Origin: an uncultured Candidatus Saccharibacteria bacterium | GTDB taxonomy: Bacteria; Patescibacteriota; Minisyncoccia; Phycocordibacterales; UBA918 | Direction of reading: 5' to 3' | DNA length: 64,000 bases | NCBI GenBank assembly: GCA_964608605.1 | Contig: CAZSOS010000002.1 | Span: 36,601-100,600, forward strand | Part shown: positions 57,846-64,000 of the stretch, piece after piece | Numbering within the stretch: position 1 is the stretch's first letter | Layout: every line of letters begins with the position of its first letter | Position numbers and translations under genes: made by a program | Notes under the pieces: generated by a model | The model's database searches: none | What the model saw: the letters and a program-made list of their open reading frames with translations, nothing else | What the model was told of the DNA's origin: nothing

Positions 57846-58004
57846 TTATAGATGACGCTTGGCGCCGAAGTACCAGCGATTGATCGCAATCATGCCCAGA
57901 CCGATGATGATGCCGGCGATGCCGACGGAACCGACGGTCGACGCGATGCTAAAACCGATATTCACCGTTGTCATGTCTTCCTCCCAGGCCAACCTGGGAA
58001 TCAT
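57846..58004 (-). CDS. small membrane protein (~52 aa) whose start overlaps the stop of the upstream gene
   Basis: The start MIPRLAW overlaps the Tag-Ogt stop by 4 nt. TM segment IASTVGSVGIAGIIIGLGMIAI. Confidence 0.3.
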   Translation of the reverse strand: MIPRLAWEEDMTTVNIGFSIASTVGSVGIAGIIIGLGMIAINRWYFGAKRHL

Positions 58005-58756
58005 GCTATCACCCCTTCCCGCTTTAGAATAGCCGCCTTGCTGCGTCCGCGAAGCCCATTGTAGCCACCCAGTCCAGAACGGGCGACCACCCGATGGCAC
58101 GGGACGCCCTTGTCCTGGTTCTGTTTCATCAAAGCGCCGACGGCCCGAGCGGCGCGAGGATTACCGGCGTGCTTGGCCACTTCCCCATAGGTCATGGTCT
58201 GCCCCTTAGGGATAGCTTTAACGATCGCCAATACTTTGGCTTTGAAGATATCTTTGTTCACGGGACAAAGTTTATCATGCGGACTCGGTAAGTGACCGAT
58301 GCTCTGTAGAAATTCCTTCAAGACTTCTCCACCGATGAATTTGAAACCCTGTTGTTTAAAGTGCTTTACTTGCTCCTTTTCGATTAAAGCCGACCATTCA
58401 GTCTTTGCTAACCAAGCCGTGAACGAGCCGTGTTCTTTTTGAATACCTTTGATGACCTTGGCGTTATGGATGACCGCCTCGATCTTGAGCCGGTTGCGCA
58501 CGATACCGGCGTCCTGCAAGAGTCTCTCCACATCACGCTTTCCAAATCGCGCCACTTTCTCTACCTCAAAATTCTTGAAAGCTTTATTAAAAGCCGCGCG
58601 TTTCTTCAGCATCAACTCCCACGACAAACCGGCCTGATTGATCTCTAGTGCCAACCTTTCCAAAAGTACGTTATCATCCGTTACCGGAAAACCATATTCC
58701 TTGGCGTGGTAATGCTTATGAATCGGGTTGCCTGGAGCGAATTTGCAATACGACAT
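58001..58756 (-). CDS. fusion protein: DNA-3-methyladenine glycosylase I (Tag) N-terminal domain plus methylated-DNA-protein-cysteine methyltransferase (Ogt/MGMT) C-terminal domain
   Basis: The N-terminal part aligns to Tag (YCKFAPGNPIHKHYHAKEYGFPV, AGLSWELMLKKRAAF). The C-terminal part carries the MGMT active site VPCHRVV within MTYGEVAKHAGNPRAARAVG. Confidence 0.65.
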   Translation of the reverse strand: MSYCKFAPGNPIHKHYHAKEYGFPVTDDNVLLERLALEINQAGLSWELMLKKRAAFNKAFKNFEVEKVARFGKRDVERLLQDAGIVRNRLKIEAVIHNAKVIKGIQKEHGSFTAWLAKTEWSALIEKEQVKHFKQQGFKFIGGEVLKEFLQSIGHLPSPHDKLCPVNKDIFKAKVLAIVKAIPKGQTMTYGEVAKHAGNPRAARAVGALMKQNQDKGVPCHRVVARSGLGGYNGLRGRSKAAILKREGVIA

Positions 58757-58757
58757 T

Positions 58758-59111
58758 TTAATTTTTGGACTGAGCGGAATGATAAAAGTATCTACAGAGT
58801 CCTTGCTCATTCAGTTCTATTAGATAAGCGCCCGCAGATTCTTTTTCGAAATGTGAAAAATACCACCTGACTCCATATCTCTTTCGTTCAGAGTCCATCG
58901 AAAAAATTTCATAAGTCAGTTGCATATTTTGCAACGGCAAAATTTCTTCCCACGCCTTCCTCAAATCCACGCCCTTACTTAGTCTCTCAAACGGAGTTTC
59001 CCAATACTCAACGTCATCAGTAAAAAGGTTGAAAACTTGGTCAATGTCTTTCGTCAGCCAAGCTGACTTGAATTTCTCCATCCAATCCTGAATATCTTTT
59101 GTGTGTTCCAT
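58758..59111 (-). CDS. NTF2/SnoaL-like fold hypothetical protein
   Basis: Size and the alpha+beta pattern (WMEKFKSAW..., YEIFSMD...RYGVRWYF). The start was chosen at MEHTKD. Confidence 0.35.
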   Translation of the reverse strand: MEHTKDIQDWMEKFKSAWLTKDIDQVFNLFTDDVEYWETPFERLSKGVDLRKAWEEILPLQNMQLTYEIFSMDSERKRYGVRWYFSHFEKESAGAYLIELNEQGLCRYFYHSAQSKN

Positions 59112-59113
59112 AC

Positions 59114-60829
59114 TCACATCTTCTCCGGTGCTTTGATGGCGAGGAGCCAGAGGCCACTCTTGAGGGTCTGCTTCACCGCTGAGGCGAGGAGGCATTTGTA
59201 CGGCGCGTGCGGGTCGGACGGATCGGCAATCTTTTCGTTACCATAGAAAGAGTTGAAGCTGGCCGCTAGCTCCGTGAGGAAAGTGGCCACCTGATGCGGC
59301 TCCCGCGTTTCAAAGGCCTCTTCCACTACTTCGGGAAAACGATAGAGAATTTTCTCGACCGCAAAAGCTTCAGCCGGGACATTTTCAGCTTTTACTTCAC
59401 TAGCTACTCCAGCATTCCGGGCCTTCTCTAACACGGAAGCGATACGCGCGTGGGTGTACTGGAGATACGGACCGGAAGCGCCTTCAAACGACAATGCCTG
59501 GGTTTTGTCGAAGATAGAATCCTGATAAATACTGCCCTTGAGGGTCGCGTACTTGATAGCCGCGATGGCGATATCGCGCGCCGACTCTTCGTCGGCCTCC
59601 CGACCAGACTCAGTCACCTTTTCTTTGGCGGCTTCAGTGATCTCATCGATAAAGTCTTTAGCAGCGATCACGTCGCCGGTCCGCGACGACATCTTGCCGG
59701 TCGAAAGTCGCACCATGCCATGCCCGATATGTTCGGTCTTCTCTGCCAGATCGGGATAGACAAAGCTCATGGCTTTGAGGAGCACCTTGAAGTATTCGTT
59801 TATCTCCTTGGCGGTGGAGATGACCGAGTGGTCGTACTTCACGTACTCATCTTTTAGCTTGGCTAGCGCCAACTCTTTGGCCTCATAGGTGGGGAGACCT
59901 TGTGAGTTTAGAAACACTCGTGAATGCAAACCATACTCTTCGCCCTTAAACACTCGCGCGCCATCGCTCTCGGGAAATACTTCGGGATTATTCAACACCA
60001 ACTCCTTCCCCACCGGCGCGGCCTCGCTTTCGAAGAAGTAGTGGTCGAACTTGGTGTCGACCATGGCGTAGATGGTCTCAAAGTAATCGAGGGATACTTG
60101 GCGACCCCGGTCGTAGAGCGCGTTTATCTCAGCGTCACTCCGTTCATAGACAGCTTTGTTAATGACTTTGATCTCAGCCTTGGCCTCCTCATTATCCTTA
60201 TTGGCCGTGGCACCCAGAGCGTAGGCCTTGCCTAAATCTTTGGCAGTAAATTCATCAGCGGCAGAAATACCGAGCTGTTGCATGCCATAGATAGCGCAAG
60301 CCACATGAAGACCGACGTCTCCTTGATAGTTCACCCGACGCACGTCCGCCCCTTGGGCCATAAATAGGCGAGCGATCGATTCGCCGACGGCATTGGTGAA
60401 CAGGTGTCCGATATGAAATTCCTTGAAGGGATTCGGGTCGGTGTACTCGACCAATACCACCTTGTCTTTCCAATGGTCGTTACTCCCCCACTCATCACCT
60501 TCCTGGACGGCACGGGCGGTTTCCGCGGCGAAGAAATCGCGAGAGAGATGGAAGTTGATGAAGCCGGGACCGGCGATATCGACACGATCGACGTATTCGA
60601 TCTGACCTTCGAGTTTGGCGACGATATCTTCGGCTAGTTGTCGTGGATTTTGCCCGGCGGCTTTAGCCAGTACCATGGCGACATTGGTAGCATAGTCACC
60701 ATGAGACAAATCGCCCGGATGCTCCACGGCAACCTGCCCGACTAATTCATTCAGGCGGGAATCCGCGCTCGGCAAACCCAGCTCGTTCACCACCTCTTCG
60801 ATCGCCGTCCTGATAACTTCTCGCATAGA
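59114..60829 (-). CDS. argS: arginyl-tRNA synthetase
   Basis: Class I HIGH-like HIGH motif (FHIGHLF), the anticodon-binding domain, and the C-terminal ...GLWLLAIKAPEKM. The start was chosen at MREVIRTA; the 105-aa upstream ORF extension is Arg-rich GC noise. Confidence 0.85.
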   Translation of the reverse strand, partial: SMREVIRTAIEEVVNELGLPSADSRLNELVGQVAVEHPGDLSHGDYATNVAMVLAKAAGQNPRQLAEDIVAKLEGQIEYVDRVDIAGPGFINFHLSRDFFAAETARAVQEGDEWGSNDHWKDKVVLVEYTDPNPFKEFHIGHLFTNAVGESIARLFMAQGADVRRVNYQGDVGLHVACAIYGMQQLGISAADEFTAKDLGKAYALGATANKDNEEAKAEIKVINKAVYERSDAEINALYDRGRQVSLDYFETIYAMVDTKFDHYFFESEAAPVGKELVLNNPEVFPESDGARVFKGEEYGLHSRVFLNSQGLPTYEAKELALAKLKDEYVKYDHSVISTAKEINEYFKVLLKAMSFVYPDLAEKTEHIGHGMVRLSTGKMSSRTGDVIAAKDFIDEITEAAKEKVTESGREADEESARDIAIAAIKYATLKGSIYQDSIFDKTQALSFEGASGPYLQYTHARIASVLEKARNAGVASEVKAENVPAEAFAVEKILYRFPEVVEEAFETREPHQVATFLTELAASFNSFYGNEKIADPSDPHAPYKCLLASAVKQTLKSGLWLLAIKAPEKM

Positions 60830-60882
60830 TACGGGAAACAATAACAAAAAAGCGGGGTGCTCGCCATCGGCGAGCACCCCTT

Positions 60883-61248
60883 TCATTTGGGCCAAATGAC
60901 CAAGTACACCCGGCCGGAACCGCGCCACCATTCGATGGCGTCGCATTCGTACGACTGCCCGATCTGACAGAGAACGCGCATCAAGCGCGGGATGAACAGA
61001 TCGGACCAGCCGCACTCGCCGCGTTGCTGGAACGGAACGAGGTGAAAGATCTCCGCCACGGCCGCGCCATACAGCACGCCGGCCCAATAGACCTCGCTGG
61101 CCGCCCTTTCCGAAGCACAGACCGGCAAGTTGACCACTTCCCAATCTTCGTAGGCCGATCCCGAGTCTCTCACTCCTACCGCGCCCGCGGAAGCGGGAGC
61201 GAACACCAGCAAAAGCAGAATCATCAGCACCCTTCTCACTGCCGGCAT
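60883..61248 (-). CDS. secreted Cys-containing hypothetical protein
   Basis: Signal peptide MPAVRRVLMILLLLVFAPASAGA. Confidence 0.35.
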   Translation of the reverse strand: MPAVRRVLMILLLLVFAPASAGAVGVRDSGSAYEDWEVVNLPVCASERAASEVYWAGVLYGAAVAEIFHLVPFQQRGECGWSDLFIPRLMRVLCQIGQSYECDAIEWWRGSGRVYLVIWPK

Positions 61249-61590
61249 GTCAGCCTCCTCTATTTCGCCTGCGACATAGCATATACCTGCGCTGGGAAAA
61301 GACAAACAAAAAGGCGCTCGTTAAGAACGAGCGCCCGACGCAAGCACAACGAACTGGCTACCTGACGATCTTCCGCTTCGGGTATCGGGACTCGACCGTC
61401 ACGCCGGAACAGTTCCGGCCGGCCGAGAATCCTTCCCCCGACCTCGGAGTCTCCTCGAGACGTTTTGGCGACGAATGCCTCACGCCTCCGTTGTGGAACT
61501 TGATGTGCTCCTTCGTTTTCCAATTCTGTCTTGCAACTGCATTCCCTCCTCAAAGGACCTTACCTTCCCATTATAGCACATAATGGCAAA

Positions 61591-62691
61591 TTAATCAACT
61601 CTGGTCACCAGGTCCTCCGGTTGGCGCGAGCTGTCGATCTTGAACTTCTCCCGGCCCAAGACCTGCCCCCGGGCGGTCTCTACCGTACACCGCCAGGTGC
61701 CGTCGCGGAAGCTGCCGATCTGCGAGTAGCCGCGGTAGCCATCATCGCGGCCACCGAAGATCGGATAGTGCACCCGGGCGTGCGTCACCCAGTCCTTGCT
61801 GGCCTCGTCGTAGTATTCCCAGTGATGGTAGATCTCGACGTTCAAGCGGGTGGGCGTGAAGACGCGGGTGAAACAGAAGACGTTCCCTCCCGGCGTGGGA
61901 TGGAAAGCCGTGTCCGACCGCTTCCAGAACTGCCACCAATCGCCGTCCTCGAACGAAAGCTGATACTGGCCGTTCTCGAAGCGCACCACTGAGTGGTAGA
62001 TGCCGATATCCTTGATCGAGAGCGGGATGGGGGGGATGATGTTGAGGAAATAGAGGAAGTTGAGGGCGGCGAAGATGCTGCCGATCGAAAAGATAATGGC
62101 GCGCGTCTGGAGAGCCAGGAAATTCGGAATGACCAGCTTGAGGCTCCAGAGGAGCGCGTACATTACGAGCAGCGCCGCCAGGCCGCTGCCGACGAAGACC
62201 CACGCCCCCATGTAGCCGAGAAAGGTCGGGACCACCAGGACCACGTACGAGAAAAGCCCGATGAAGAACATGGAGAGCGTCAGCACCAATCGTCCCGCCT
62301 TGTCGCTCACGGTCTCGTTGAGGTAGATGAGGGCGGCGATAAGAAGGAGGAAGGGCCAACTGTCGATCAAGGAAGCGCTGCGGCCATAGAAGATGAGCAT
62401 GCCGGACATGAGGCCGCCGAAGGCGTACTGCATCAAGAGCGGCGCGTAAGTGCGGACATAGGGCAATATGCGCTCCGGCAAGCGGCCGGCCACCGAAGCG
62501 TAGAGGAAGAAGATGGAGAACATCGCCAAGAGGACATAGAGAAAAAGTATCAGGTTATCAAAGAGGCTATCGACCTTGTTGAGGAGCATCAGGTCGGTCA
62601 AAAAACCCGCCACGAAGGCGATGGTGAGCCAGTGGCGTTTCAAGTGGTGCGCCGGTCGGGAATTCACTAGGGCCTTGAGGCGGGCGTTCAT
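61591..62691 (-). CDS. polytopic membrane protein with a C-terminal soluble domain (DUF2914-like)
   Basis: About 8 TM segments, then a Trp/Tyr/His-rich C-terminal domain (IYHHWEYYDEASKDW). Confidence 0.45.
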   Translation of the reverse strand: MNARLKALVNSRPAHHLKRHWLTIAFVAGFLTDLMLLNKVDSLFDNLILFLYVLLAMFSIFFLYASVAGRLPERILPYVRTYAPLLMQYAFGGLMSGMLIFYGRSASLIDSWPFLLLIAALIYLNETVSDKAGRLVLTLSMFFIGLFSYVVLVVPTFLGYMGAWVFVGSGLAALLVMYALLWSLKLVIPNFLALQTRAIIFSIGSIFAALNFLYFLNIIPPIPLSIKDIGIYHSVVRFENGQYQLSFEDGDWWQFWKRSDTAFHPTPGGNVFCFTRVFTPTRLNVEIYHHWEYYDEASKDWVTHARVHYPIFGGRDDGYRGYSQIGSFRDGTWRCTVETARGQVLGREKFKIDSSRQPEDLVTRVD

Positions 62692-62766
62692 GACGCTAAT
62701 TGTATACCACCGTCCCAAAAGAAAAAGGCCGCGCAAAGCGCGGCCTTTCGCGATGGACGACCCGAC

Positions 62767-63129
62767 TCAGCTTCGCAGGGAAAGCGACTCGGGTTCGAAC
62801 GCGTCGACGCAGAAATTGGCCAGTTCGTAAGCGGTCGGCAGTTCCTGGCTGACGTTTCGATGAGCCCTGTAGGTCACTTCAGGTTCGACCGACAGATCCT
62901 CTTCTTCATCCTTACCGTAGACGATTATCGACAGATCGACCCATTCCACCGGGCCGGACGTGACGATACCGACCATCACATATCGGTCAGGCAGATAGTC
63001 GATAACGACGCAACGACAGCTGCCATGCCATCTCATCCCGTTCGGGTCCAAGAACGTGAATCTTCCACCGGCTTGCTCGAAATTTTTTCGAGCCACCCTT
63101 AGTATCTTGCGCAAGAGAAAATCCTCCAT
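62767..63129 (-). CDS. hypothetical protein (120 aa)
   Basis: Clean ORF. No motif recognised. Confidence 0.3.
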   Translation of the reverse strand: MEDFLLRKILRVARKNFEQAGGRFTFLDPNGMRWHGSCRCVVIDYLPDRYVMVGIVTSGPVEWVDLSIIVYGKDEEEDLSVEPEVTYRAHRNVSQELPTAYELANFCVDAFEPESLSLRS

Positions 63130-63178
63130 CTTTACTGCCTGTCCAAGATGGTAACGGATAGACTACATCTGTCAACAA

Positions 63179-64000
63179 CTAGACAAACGTCTCCGGTACC
63201 GGGAATTTGAGACACAACCCCTCTACCTCGGCGCGGAAGCTTCGCTTCCGCGCCTCATCACCTTTGCTCCGCAGCGTCTCTATCATGATCTCCGCCACCC
63301 GCGTCGCCTCCCCTTCTTTCATATTACGAGTGGTCATGGCCGGCGTACCGAAGCGAATACCGGACGGGTCCATGGCCGTGCGCGTCTCATCAGCGATCAT
63401 GTTCTTATTCAGCGTAATACCCACTTCATCCAGTACCGTCTCCGCTTCCTTGCCAGTCACACCGAGAGAACCAAAGACATCGGCCAGAATGAGGTGATTG
63501 GAGGTGCCGCCGCCCAGCATGCGGATTCCCTCGCGGACCAAGACCGCTTCCATGGCTTTGGCATTCTTTAATATCTGAGCCGTGTATTCCTTAAACGCGG
63601 GAGTCAGGGCTTCACCGAAAGCTATCGCCTTGGCGGCCACCACGTTCATATGCGGCCCGCCCTGAAGGCCCGGGAAGACGGCCTTGTCGATTCGCTTCGC
63701 GATCTCTTCGCTCTCGCGCGTGAGGATCATGCCGCCGCGCGGGCCGCGCAGCGTCTTGTGGGTGGTAGTGGTAATGACATCAAAGCCATCATCAAACGGG
63801 TTCCGGGCCGCCCCGCCGGCGATCAGGCCGGCGATATGGGCCATGTCGGCCACGGTATACGCACCGACTTCCCTGGCGATGGCCACGAACTTGGCGTAAT
63901 CGAGCTCGCGGCTATAGGCCGAGAAGCCGGCCAGGATGATCTTCGGTTTTTCGCGCAAAGCTACTTCACGCAGTTCATCGTAGTCGATCTCACCGGTATC
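63179..64000 (-). CDS. glyA: serine hydroxymethyltransferase (3' part; the gene continues beyond the window end)
   Basis: TTTTHKTLRGPRGG (the PLP-lysine region) and a C-terminal SHMT pattern. The ORF is open to the window end. Confidence 0.8.
   Translation of the reverse strand, partial: DTGEIDYDELREVALREKPKIILAGFSAYSRELDYAKFVAIAREVGAYTVADMAHIAGLIAGGAARNPFDDGFDVITTTTHKTLRGPRGGMILTRESEEIAKRIDKAVFPGLQGGPHMNVVAAKAIAFGEALTPAFKEYTAQILKNAKAMEAVLVREGIRMLGGGTSNHLILADVFGSLGVTGKEAETVLDEVGITLNKNMIADETRTAMDPSGIRFGTPAMTTRNMKEGEATRVAEIMIETLRSKGDEARKRSFRAEVEGLCLKFPVPETFV

Noticed and set aside
60830-61144. 105-aa N-terminal extension of the argS ORF
   Set aside because: Arg-rich low-complexity sequence upstream of the conserved ArgS N-terminus MREVIRTAIEE. 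It also overlaps the next gene.

Overview
The window is a 64-kb chromosomal segment of a small-genome bacterium, about 60% GC. The 16S rRNA carries CPR/Patescibacteria-like signatures (GTGCCAGCAGGAGCGGTAATAC in place of the 515F site; a non-canonical 3' tail). Gene content is dense housekeeping: murC, pgeF, murD, rarA, secDF, folD, pyrH, ftsW, ftsK, recA, efp, rpsF-ssb-rpsR, rplJ-rplL, tatD, metG, glyS, ileS, argS, glyA, an ECF sigma factor, a type IV pilin with a VWA protein, and a polysaccharide-synthesis block. The 16S gene (7925-9385, minus strand) is unlinked from a 23S-tRNA-tRNA-5S unit (24310-29118, minus strand). The 23S gene is about 4.2 kb because it carries five insertions. One is an IVS-like element bounded by 21-bp perfect inverted repeats that encodes a GIY-YIG nuclease. 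Two are near-duplicate AT-rich IVS-like expansions, in helix 45 and helix 63. Two are ORF-less intron-like insertions at the classical L1917 and L2593 homing sites. The window also holds a REP-associated HuH-Y1 transposase (RAYT / IS200-like) with seven copies of a 21-bp palindrome, TATACYAGTCWGACTRGTATA, one of them inside the L1917 insertion. There are several short dispersed repeat families (TTAGC-rich palindromes, AT-rich elements, a CTAGTTTTCTGGTT motif). Other notable items are an isoleucyl-tRNA synthetase with a complete histidine-phosphatase (PGAM-like) domain inserted in frame, a Tag-Ogt fusion, a free-standing '23S IVS protein' (four-helix-bundle) gene, a tRNA-Pro with a tandem 5'-half duplication, and several unannotated small hydrophobic peptides. 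All calls rest on reading the sequence and on motif knowledge. No database search was run.
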